Of a DNA stretch of 64,000 nt, positions 1 through 9,525 are shown in pieces. Each line of letters opens with the position of its first letter. Position 1 is the first letter of the stretch. Location: NCBI GenBank assembly GCA_013265495.1, contig MU059537.1:682001-746000 (forward strand), written 5' to 3'. The notes under the pieces were generated by a model, which was not told the DNA's origin, made no database searches, and saw only the letters and a program-made list of their open reading frames with translations. This stretch comes from Vicugna vicugna (taxonomy: Eukaryota). The position numbers and the translations under genes are program-made.

Positions 1-39
1 GGACCTGAACTCCGGCCTCAACTCTGACTGCCTGGATTC

Positions 40-515
40 TAGCAGCATCTCAAACTCCACATGTGCACAACAGACCCCTCTCTCAAACAGGCTCCTCCTG
101 CAGACCCCATCTCAGTTGATGTGGGCTCCACCCATCTAGTTGCGCCAGTCCCAAACCTTAAGGTCATTCAACAGATCAACAAATCCCACAGGTACCCAGG
201 CATGCTCCTGCCTCAGGGCCTTTGCACTTGCTGTTCTCTCTGCTGGACTGCTCTTCCAGCACCACTTTCTAAGAATTTGCTCAGCTATTACCGTCTCAGT
301 GACACACACTCTGAGCCAACTTACTTAAAATTAAAGCTTTATAACCACCACTTCTGCTGCCACCTCCAGCAGGCCTGTCCCACCCTCACCCTTCTCTATC
401 ATATCACTCATCACCTACTGACACACGCCGTGTCGTGTGTGTCTAATTTTGGGTCATGCCCAGTGCACTGCCGGACCTGGCTCCCAGTGGTGCTCAGAGA
501 ATGCTTGTTGCTGTC
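40..515 (+). mobile_element. L2 (LINE-2) 3' fragment in an MROH5 intron
   Basis: Contains L2-diagnostic stretches: catctcaaactc, cctcagggcctttgcacttgctgttctctctg and a degenerate 3' tail (cccagtgcac...gtggtgctcagagaatgcttgttg). Recognised from remembered consensus; ends approximate. Confidence 0.75.
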
Positions 516-519
516 ACAT

Positions 520-860
520 CACTTACCGAAAATGAATTTAATACTGTGAAACCAAACAGAGTTCAGGAAGCCAACAAAGTTGCCTAAAGTCACCCTGGTT
601 TGCACCCAAGTCACTGATAAGGGGCCTGATGGCAGGGGACATCCATTTGTTGACATGTCACCTTCTGACAGTTTATCCAGACAACTCATGAGTGCATGGC
701 ACACAACAGGAGCAGAAAAAAATGGGCTGAAAATGAACTTAGCTTTGTTCTTTGTAAAGTAATACAAAAATGGGAAATGGTCATTGCAACAAAGATAATC
801 TGGAGCCACTACTGGTGCACCCAGCTCCCCACAGTGTGAGAAATCAGTGACTTCAGTGTG
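520..860. mobile_element. Possible hAT-Charlie-type DNA transposon remnant (AT-rich island)
   Basis: AT-rich block in GC-rich surroundings ending in ccccacagtgtgagaaatcagtg, which resembles hAT-Charlie/MER5-type termini. Family not firmly identified. Confidence 0.3.
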
Positions 861-1338
861 TGCACACCTGACCAACCTTGTCCAGTCCAGCCCCCCAGGC
901 CCCCTCTGACCTGTAAAGAGGCGAGGAATGGGGGCAAAGGCAGAGTGGGGCAGAGGAAGGGAAGGGTTGCCTCCAGGACTTGATGAGGGGCCCTTGGCCA
1001 GCATGGGGACAGGAAAGGGAAGGACCTGGGAGCCCACTAGCAAGGAGTCCATGCTCCCTTAACCCCAGGAGAACCCCAGGTGGCTCAGAGAGGGAGAGCC
1101 CGTCCATGGCCTGCAGCTCCTGGGGGACAGACCAGGGCCAGGAGCACAGTTCCCCTGGCAGAGCCAGGGCGGGCTCCCAGCAGAGTGTGGGGCAGTGCAG
1201 GTGCCCTGGCTGGGACAGGGGTCTGGGAAGGGGCAGAGCCCGAGTTTGCTCTGGGTCCACCTGGCAAGGCTGGGGGCGTGGGGGGCATAGGGACAGCCGT
1301 TCCTGGCCCCTCTGCCCATGGGCCCCCACGTCCCCCAG

Positions 1339-1515
1339 AGAAACCTGCTCCGCGGACAGCTGCCGCCCTTCCTCGACGGCTTCTTCCAGAGCAGCGAGCC
1401 AGTGGTGGTGTGCGTCATGGGCACCGTGTCAGACGTGCTGCATCGCTTGGGTGCCCAGGGCACAAGGGCACAGAGCCTGGGCATCGCCATCAACGCCCGC
1501 TCCTTCTTTGATGAC
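1339..1515 (+). CDS. MROH5: MROH5 internal coding exon (RNLLRGQLPPFLDGFFQSSEPVVVCVMGTVSDVLHRLGAQGTRAQSLGIAINARSFFDD)
   Basis: tcccccag acceptor (1337-38; AG at 1339-40 is an alternative), GAC|gtgagc donor, phase 0 end. Peptide matches the HEAT-repeat C-terminal region of MROH5 as I recall it, and the position next to PTP4A3 is syntenic. Confidence 0.82.
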
Positions 1516-1685
1516 GTGAGCGCGGGGGCGGGGAGGCCAGGGGCCCCCTACTCGTGCCCCTCCTGTGCCTCCCTTGCTCCCTTCCTCGAAGGTGGGGAGG
1601 CCCCCAGGCTGCTGTCCAACTAGCGCTGCCAGGAGATGGAGGCCCCACCTGGTTATGTACCCGGCGCAGGGGTGGGCTGGCCTGG

Positions 1686-1704
1686 TGGTCGCTAGGTGGC
1701 GCTA
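1686..1704 (+). promoter_or_regulatory. CTCF motif, forward orientation
   Basis: TGGTCGCTAGGTGGCGCTA versus consensus TGGCCACCAGGGGGCGCTA; all core positions except one fit. Confidence 0.7.
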
Positions 1705-2103
1705 GCCCTTCCTCGTGTTGCTGAACTAGAGCCAACTGTCAGCCTCTCCAACCCCACCTTAGCTTCCTGACTGTCAGCTCGTTTGCAATGACAGATTTTC
1801 CTTCACTGGGAAATTAGAGGGATGAGTCCCGCGCCCCAGCTGCATTCATAACAGCAACTCGCTTGTCAGGATGTGATTGTGAGCATGAGGCAGACGATTT
1901 TAGGTCCTTGAGGACGGCTTGTAACCCTCTCGTGGGAGCCCTGTCTGGCGGGAGGCACAGCCCTGCCCTGGGAGCCCTAAGCCCAGGTGAAAGGGTCCTG
2001 CTGAGAGGGCCGAGTCCCACCCCCACCAGGGAGTGGAGGGTCCCAAGTTGGGTGGGACTGGGACCCCCAGGCATGTTTGTGGCTCTGAGCCCCTGCCTTG
2101 CAG

Positions 2104-2259
2104 GAGCGGGAGGGAGTCCGGGCGGCAGCTATGGCACTGTTCGGGGACCTGGTGGCGACAATGACAGGCCAAGAGCTAAGTGGGCTTCGAACCCAGGTGC
2201 ACCAGAGCATGGTGCCACTGCTTCTGCACCTGAAGGACAGCTGTCCAGCCGTCGTCACG
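2104..2259 (+). CDS. MROH5: MROH5 coding exon (EREGVRAAAMALFGDLVATMTGQELSGLRTQVHQSMVPLLLHLKDSCPAVVT)
   Basis: ccttgcag acceptor, ACG|gtcagt donor, 156 nt, phase 0/0; typical MROH motif (VRAAAMALFGDL...MVPLLLHLKD..P.V). Confidence 0.88.
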
Positions 2260-2883
2260 GTCAGTGCCTACCGACGGACCCATAGGCGGCCAGGAGGCTG
2301 GGGATCTGCTGGCAGCAGCAGGGCTGCCTGAGAGCAAGGGGGTGCTCCCTGGGGTGGTGTGTTTGGCCCCTTGCTGGTTTCCTTGCCCCTCCCCATCTGC
2401 GCGCACACACACGCACACACGTACTCGCATGCACATGTGTGGCTGTGCCGTCTGTGCGGGCCAGACCCAGTCTGTCCTGCTCACCGCTGCATCCCCAGCG
2501 CCTGGCATATGATGGGGGCTCAGGTTGTTCGTTGAACTTGTTGAAATGTGGCCTGAGCCCTATTGTGTGCCAGCCAGTACCCTGTGTCTAGACCATTAAG
2601 ACACAGCGTGGCCTTCCCTGGGCTCCTGGCTGTCAAGAAGACAGACAGTTAAGTGGCCAGTTCCCACACAAGTGGAGACCCAGAGCTGCCTTCAGTCCAG
2701 CCGGCCGGGGTGCAGCAGCCAGGGAGGCAGGGATGGGTTAAGGGTGCAGACAGAGAGGAAAAGGCCAGCAGGAGGGCCAGGGACCAAGGAGGGGCTGCCC
2801 CAGCACTGCGCGCTTCCTCAGCTCAGAGCCCCCAGTGGTGGGTGACCCCGCCCCTGCTGACCCCGCCCCTGCTGACCCCGCAG

Positions 2884-3006
2884 CAGGCCAAGTTCGCCTT
2901 CTACCGCTGCTCCGTGCTGCTCCGCTGGCGGCTGCGCCACACCCTCTTCTGCACGCTGGCTTGGGAGCCGGGACTCAGCGCGCGCCACTTCCTCTGGACC
3001 TGCCTG
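2884..3006 (+). CDS. MROH5: MROH5 coding exon (QAKFAFYRCSVLLRWRLRHTLFCTLAWEPGLSARHFLWTCL)
   Basis: ccccgcag acceptor (NAGNAG, alternative start 2887), CTG|gtgagg donor, 123 nt, phase 0/0. Confidence 0.87.
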
Positions 3007-3121
3007 GTGAGGGGCGCGGCGGGGGAGGGGAGGCAGGACTGGGGGGGCGGAGCGGGGCTCTGGTCTGTGGTCTGCACAGAGCCACCCTCCGGCCCCAGCG
3101 AGTGACAGGCATGCTCCCCAG

Positions 3122-3224
3122 ATGAGCCACAGCCAGGAGGAATTCAGCATCCACTTGGCGCAGGCCCTCAGTTACCTGCACAGCCGCCACCACCACCTCA
3201 AGACCTGGGCAGCCCTCTTCATAG
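3122..3224 (+). CDS. MROH5: MROH5 coding exon (MSHSQEEFSIHLAQALSYLHSRHHHLKTWAALFI-G)
   Basis: ctccccag acceptor, G|gtgagc donor, 103 nt, phase 0/1. Confidence 0.87.
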
Positions 3225-3436
3225 GTGAGCAGGCCGGCCAGGCTCAGGGACCTCCAGGCCGGCCTGGGAGAACCCTGACCCTCACCCGCCCTCACCCGCC
3301 GCGCCACTCCAGCCGGAGCTTGGGGTCCACTGGCAAGAGAAGAAAGGTGGCGGGTGAGGGGGCCTCCGGGTTGGGGTGGCAGGAGTGGGTCTAAGCCCCA
3401 CCCCCCTTCCCCTGGCCTCCTCCATCTGTCACGCAG

Positions 3437-3511
3437 GTTATACCATCTGCTACCACCTCCAGGCCGTGTCCCAGATGGTCAACGACATGGACACAAAACT
3501 GCTGCTCTGCA
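3437..3511 (+). CDS. MROH5: MROH5 penultimate coding exon (G-YTICYHLQAVSQMVNDMDTKLLLC-T)
   Basis: cacgcag acceptor, A|gtaagt donor, 75 nt, phase 1/1; joins in frame with both neighbours. Confidence 0.85.
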
Positions 3512-3757
3512 GTAAGTCCGCCCCGTCCACACCTCCATCCGTGCCTGCAGTGGGTGGGCACCTGAGGCTAGAATATAGCAAGGCTGTGATGGGCTCCCCA
3601 AGGCCCAGGAAAGGGCAGGGTTGGGGAGGGAAGCTCCCAGGCCTGGAAAGCTGAGAACACCGACCTGCCTCCCCCACCCCAGGTGGGAGTGAGGGCAGGG
3701 CTGGGCAGACAGGACCTGAGTGGGGTGCACCTCTGACTTGTCCCTCCTCTCCTGGAG

Positions 3758-3855
3758 CTTTTGAGGATCTCAAAAATGACCCAGAGCCCGGCATCCGCGA
3801 ATTCGCCACCAGACAGGCCTCCTTCCTCCAGGAGGTGGCGACCAGACCACGGTGA
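3758..3855 (+). CDS. MROH5: MROH5 last coding exon (T-FEDLKNDPEPGIREFATRQASFLQEVATRPR*)
   Basis: Phase-1 entry after ctctgac branch point, pyrimidine tract and GAG acceptor; TGA at 3853-3855. The L..DPEP.IREFA motif is the expected MROH C-terminus. Confidence 0.82.
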
Positions 3856-4504
3856 CCTCCAGCGGTGCCTCCTCACCGTCCCCTCCCCTGTGCCCACCGC
3901 ATCTGCCAGCCCTGCCCTGTCCACACAGAGCTTGGTTGCATAACATTTTCCCACTTGAAAGAAAGATCTAGATTCAAAACAGAAGCATCATACTGGTCTG
4001 CTCCCTGCCGCCGTCCTGTGGGCCAGCCCAGGAGACACTGGCAGGACTGGGAGCCAGGGCCAGGCCTGGGGGGCGGCAAGGCTGTGTCCCCCAGAGACAG
4101 ACCGTGAAGTCTGTGCAGAGCCCTGCAAACGACAGCCCGTCCTCTCATGGAGATGGGGGCCTCTGCTTAACCAGAGCCCAAGCCACAGCCTGCCTGCCCA
4201 CGTCCTGGGTGCTGAAAGGACGCGCCTACGGGACTCGCATCTGAGTAGGGCCATTCACCAAGGCACCCCCAGTCTTCAGTGTATCTCCAGCTTGGAGCTG
4301 GTAGTCGCTGAGGGGCTGACAATCGGGAAGGGATCCCTCAGCTGGTCGCCCTCAGCCCAGGGGATTCAGCGTCCCCATCTCTAACTTCCTGAGTCCAGTC
4401 AGGGCTGGCCCCCAGGATTAGCAGCAGAACCAGCCTGGGCCCAGAGTCAGAACTTTCTGGCGGGCCTGGCCCACCCTGGATGAGTGTACGGCCTGAGGTG
4501 AGGG

Positions 4505-4595
4505 TCTCAGCTCTCTGAGTCTCAGTTGTCCCATCTGTAAAATGGGCCATAAGACCTTCCTCCCAATCCCTCTAGGACAGTTGAGTCCAGAAAAT
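4505..4595 (+). mobile_element. MIR fragment
   Basis: ctctctgagtctcagttgtcccatctgtaaaatggg = MIR core. Confidence 0.75.
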
Positions 4596-5501
4596 GTCTG
4601 CCAACACCCAGGGAGCCCCTGGAGACCCACCTGGCCTTCAGCCAGGTCCTTCCCCCTCCCAGCCTTGGTCTTCCCACTTGTGTAATGGGCAGGTGGGCCC
4701 TTCCCTTGCCTGGGGGTCCAGAGAGTGCCCAGAGTCCTCCCTAGGGCCTCACCCTAGGCCATCTCTCTGGACAGACCAGCCAGCCACCCTCCAACACACG
4801 GTCCAGGCAAGCCAGTCCCCCGCCTTCCTCTCACATGCCCACACTGACCCTCCCCACCCCGCTCAGGCAGAGCCCCTCCCCCATGCCACCCCCTCGGCCC
4901 CTCTACACCTCCATCCCTCCAGGGCCTGTGAACCAGGCCCCCCACTCCTCCTCAGCCCCTCCTGAGGCCTGGCACCCACCTTGCCTGTCTCACCTTGCTG
5001 CAGACTGAGCCCCTTGGGGCAGGGATGGGGCTCCCCAGGGCTGGCACCCAGGAGGACTCAAAATTTGGATGGCAGCTTGAAAACAATACAGCGACTTCCT
5101 GGACACACTCCAGATTCACTTGCATCCTTGGATGTGTTTGGGAAAGGAAATAACCCACGGGGGAGATGGCGGCCCCTCTCCACCTGTCCGCCATCTCTGA
5201 ATACAGCCACCCGAGGAGGGGTTTTGGTTGGGTGTGCCTTTTCATGACCCCCATCTTGTCCATGAGGGTGCCCAACGACCCCTCCTCTGCCTCAAACCCC
5301 TGGCCAGAGGGGATGGGGGTGCACTCCTTCAGGACCAAAGGACCCAGGAAGAGGGTCCCCTCCATCCAGCCGGTGGGTATGGCCCCTCGGTGGGGGTGCC
5401 AGCTCCCCTAAGAGGGGGCTTCTCTGGATTCACCCAGCGGTTGCCCTCTGGCTGCCTCCTTCACATTCCCCCGGGCTTCATTCTCCCTCCACAAAGTCTG
5501 G

Positions 5502-5510
5502 TTTAATAAA
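5502..5510. terminator. Overlapping poly(A) signals: AATAAA (+, 5505-5510) and ATTAAA (-, 5507-5502)
   Basis: tttaataaa read on both strands; first canonical AATAAA I found on + after the MROH5 stop, and a candidate distal signal for PTP4A3. Confidence 0.55.
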
Positions 5511-6403
5511 TGCTAGGAGCTGGGCGGGCCTGGACCCAGTGGGCTCCTGGATAAGCCCCTAGGGGAAACTGAGGCTCAGGCTGAGTCTGGAAGTGGGGGG
5601 AGGCCCAGTTCCCACCAGCAGGGTGGTGGGCTGTAGACCCGGACACATGGAAGGTGGTAACAGTTCACTGCCAGGCCGGCCAGCAGGCCGGGGCGGAGAG
5701 ATGGGGCCTGAGTCCCGGTGGGTCACCCTCCCACCCAACCCAGGGAGGGGCGGGCCCCCAGCTCTGCAAGATCTGCGCATTGGAACACCAGGCCGGGCAA
5801 TCCATGCCCTCAGGCAGGTCCAGCGCCCCCACACATGCAGACTCATCACGCCAGGCATCCTGGGGTCACCCTCCACCCCTCCTGCCCCTCCTGCCTGCCC
5901 TGGGCTGATGGGATGCTGGGTCCCTCCACCCCAAGCCCAGCTGGCCATCACCCACCACTTTCTCTGGGCTTCTAAGGCTGAAATGAGGACATCTGGTGGG
6001 GGCAGCACAGGGCAGCCACCCGGCTGGACACAAGGCCCAGAGAATTACCAAGTGAACCCCAGCCCGTCCTGCACAAGGGCAGCGCTGGTGACCCAGTCTC
6101 GCCTGCCACTGCCCCAGCCCCCAAAGCAGCAACACAGCAACAGGCGGGGCGCACTCAGCCCGCGTTCTGGTCCCTCAGTGGTGTCCACTGTCCCTGAGCC
6201 AGGGAGCACAGGGACGCGGCATGGACACCAGGGGGAGCCCCAGGCCGGACACCGGGGGTGGGGGCGGTGGGGGGGGTCACAGCCCACAGGCGGGGCTGCG
6301 GGATCCCATCCTGGACAGCATTCTCCCTGGGACCCGCCTGTCCTCCCAAGGCTGCCTGGCCCCATACCCTACTCTCCAAGCACACACAGCCACAGGGTCC
6401 GGT

Positions 6404-6409
6404 TTTATT
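6404..6409 (-). terminator. PTP4A3: PTP4A3 proximal poly(A) signal AATAAA
   Basis: tttatt on +; on - it is followed by a GU-rich downstream element (cugUGGCUGUGUGUGCUUG); ~470 nt after the stop. Confidence 0.8.
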
Positions 6410-6878
6410 GCCTTCGAGTGTCCAGAACATCTGACCGCCCCAGACTCAATAATTTAAGGTGCCAAGAACAGGTCGGGGGAGGGGCTGCAGAGGAAAGGCG
6501 AGGCCCAGTGGTTAAAAAATACACTTGCCCCCAAACAAACGGACCAGAGAGGAGAGCTGCCCAGGGGCAGTGCAGGGAGGCCACGGCAGGAGAGCAAGGG
6601 GTGCGGCGGGGAAGGGGACGTTCAGCCTCTGAGAGACAGACGGAGCAAGGGCACAGCACAGAGACGGAGGCGCAGGGCATGAGGACAAAGGGAAGGGTGG
6701 ACCAAGACGGACGCAGACGTGCACGCACAGACACGAGGGAACAGACAGAAGGAGATGGCACGGAACGGGGGCGAGCAGGACCCGTCAATGGCGGGTGTGC
6801 CGAGGTGGCAGGAGAGAAGGCGAGCTGGAGGCTCGGGAGCGCTGCTGAGCCCCCAGGGCGAGGCGTCCGGGTCCTGAG

Positions 6879-6996
6879 CTACATGACGCAGCACCGGGTC
6901 TTGTGCGCGTGTGGGTCCTTGAACCGCAGCCTCTGCTTCGGCCGGTACTTTTCCAGATAGGTGAGCTGTTTGCTGTTGATGGCTCCTCGTCGCTTC
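6879..6996 (-). CDS. PTP4A3: PTP4A3 (PRL-3) coding exon 5 ([39 protein letters not shown])
   Basis: cccag acceptor at 6998-6997, 118 nt, TAG at 6881-6879; polybasic tail plus CaaX CCVM. Confidence 0.97.
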
Positions 6997-8740
6997 CTGG
7001 GCAGACAGGACAGGGGTGGGGATGAGGTGGTACCTGGGCTTGGCCACCTGCCCTGCCCCAGGGCTCCAGAATCCAGTGGGGCTGCAGTGGGTCTCCGTGG
7101 CCAGCTGAGCCCGTCCTCCCTCTGAGCTGTTCCCGCTGCCAGAATCACCCTTCCAGTCACCTGCAGTCACCGCTGCTGGCCTTCAACTCACCTGGCCATC
7201 GCCGCCTCCAGGCTGACTCCTTGACCTCCCCACCCACAAGGCCCTGACCTTCCAAGTCCCCCATGTTTACCTGGGCACCATCCCAACCCCAGGCCTTGGG
7301 ACCCCAGAGGCCACAGGGATGGAGCCTGGGGATCCCCACTCTCTGGGAGGAGTGAGGTGGACCTCAGATGCCCAGGTTTGGGGGCACCTAGGGCCACCCA
7401 CCTGACACTTCCGGAGCTCATCCACCCCACCTGCACATGACCTCAGACGAGGCCATGGACTTGCTCTGGCCAGTGAGTCGTGAGCAGAAGAGGAACGAGC
7501 TTTCGTTGTTCTGAATCGCCGGGTTGGGCCCACCCAGCCCCGATCACGGGCCTTGGACCTCAGGCCGGGGGACCACAAGCTCACCAAGGTAGGGGGAGGA
7601 GAGGCTATGGTGAAGGCCTGGCCCTCCCACCAGGTGCCCCTCAGACCTGTGCCAAGATGCATAGCTGCACTTAGGCTCACAGAGAGAAATAGTGTGTGCA
7701 TGTGAGTGCACGTGTGCATATGTGCAGGAGGCCTGAGCACCTGCAGGCACACGCAGCACCTGCCACTTGGCTGGTAAACAAGCCTGCCTCCGGGAGAAGG
7801 AGATGGCTGTGCTCTGGGAGCCACCGCTGCGGGAGCAGAGCAAGAACACACCCAGGCACAGAGCACATGTATGTGTCCCCACACACACACACACCCTCTC
7901 TCTCAGTGGGCCAGGCTGGGGGTGGACTCGGGCCCAGGGCAGCCCTAGGTCCTCTGCAGTCAGTCCCACCATCCCTGCTGATGCCCCAGGACCCTGCCCC
8001 ACCAGCACGCCTTTCCCAGGAGCAGTGGCAGATGGGAGGCCCTCCTAAGGAGGGGGAGGCTGGGAGACCTCCATGGGGGCCAAGAAGTAGGAAGGGTCCC
8101 CAGCCAGAGAGCACACTAGGAGTGGAGCCCAGGGGCCAGGGCGGCCTGAGGGTAGCTCTGAACGACACTAGTGTGTCAGTCGTCCCTGGGGCTGTTAGGG
8201 CAGGGAGTCGAGGTGCCGTGGAAGGTTTTCAGGTTCCCTTCACTGAGGGGCAGGATTGGATGGGGTCTGGGTGTCCTTCCCCTTCCAAGAAGTGAGGGGA
8301 GTGACACCCCATATCACGAATGCTGGGGGCCTAAAGAGTTGTTTGCCATGACTCCCTATGTCAGAGATGGGGTTTGGGCCTGCTTGTTACTCAGCATGTC
8401 CCAGCCTGTGCTGACTGATATGCCCCAGGCTGAGGGAGCCACAAGCCATGGTGATGGGACCAGCCAGGCCCTCCCTGTGGCCTTTCCTCATCCACACCTC
8501 ACAGCACCAGGGAGCAGGCCACACACAGGAACCAGTCCTCAGTTGGGGCCAGGAGGCCTGGCTGTGGGGGTCTCATGGCCTAGGAGATGCATTGGTACCA
8601 CAACATGAGGCTGCACTGGGCTCGGGGACACCTCAGAGGACACCCTGGGCCCAGAGGTCAGGAGTGCCTGCTGGCAGGGCACTGGGCCCCCTCCACCTGG
8701 GGCCCCCACACTTGCCACCTCCCCCCTACCAGCCACTCAC

Positions 8741-8815
8741 TGTCGGATGAACTGGATGGCATCCTCATACTTCATCCCGCTCTCAATGAGGGCCAGCGCC
8801 ACGAGGACCGGAGCC
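8741..8815 (-). CDS. PTP4A3: PTP4A3 coding exon 4 ([26 protein letters not shown]), symmetric 75-nt exon
   Basis: cctag acceptor, CA|gtgagt donor, phase 2/2. Skipping would give the 148-aa short isoform known in human. Confidence 0.97.
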
Positions 8816-8954
8816 CTAGGGCAGACGGCAGGAGCCGGTCATCCAAGCCTCCACACCCACCCCTCCCCTGAGAGACGCAGAGTGGACACCGTCACCCTCA
8901 AGGCCTGAGGGCTGCCTGCACTTTCCAACAGTGCCCTTCCCTCCCCTGGGGAGC

Positions 8955-9065
8955 GCATGGGATCCCAAATCCTGGCTCTTCCAGTCCCTGCTGTGTGACC
9001 TCTGGGAGGCCAGGCAACCTCTCTGTGCCTCAGGCTCCTTGTGTGTAAGTGAGATGTTGGGAGAG
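8955..9065 (+). mobile_element. MIR fragment in a PTP4A3 intron
   Basis: ggatcccaaatcctggctct...gctgtgtgacc...aacctctctgtgcctcag. Confidence 0.7.
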
Positions 9066-9394
9066 TTGAAAGAGGGGGACAAAGCGCTGGGCCTGTGTAT
9101 GGCCATGGACAAGAGCCTGATGCTTCGCTATCAACCCCAGCCGGTCCTTGTATAGGGATGCAAGTAGGATTCCACTGCCCAGGCCAAACCGGGGCTGTGG
9201 GTGGGGGTGGGGTCTTCGTGTCTGGGGAGGGATGGGACTGAGCTCCTTCCTGCTCAAGGACTTCCTCCCTGCCTGCTTCTGGGGACCCCCTAAGAGGGAG
9301 GTCACATGTGATGGAGGCTCCACACCCACACCCAAAAGCGAGCCAGGCCCCAGGGTCCCCAAGTTCAGGCAAGCCGCCCTGCCCTGCGGCTCAC

Positions 9395-9525
9395 CGTCCC
9401 AGGCCGGCCACACAGTGCACGGCCACGCAGCTGCCAGGGTCATCACAGAACTTGGTCTTCAGCAAGCTCAGCCAGTCCTCCACCACCTTGCCAGGCGGGG
9501 GCGCCCCATCGTCAAACGGCCAGTC
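9395..9525 (-). CDS. PTP4A3: PTP4A3 coding exon 3 ([44 protein letters not shown])
   Basis: ctgcag acceptor, CG|gtgagc donor, 131 nt; WPFDD loop and CX5R active site (C104). Confidence 0.98.

Noticed and set aside
5593-6960. 455-aa + strand ORF antisense to the PTP4A3 last exon and 3'UTR
   Set aside because: GTG start, low-complexity G/P/R content, no recognisable domain; long stop-free frames are expected at this GC level.
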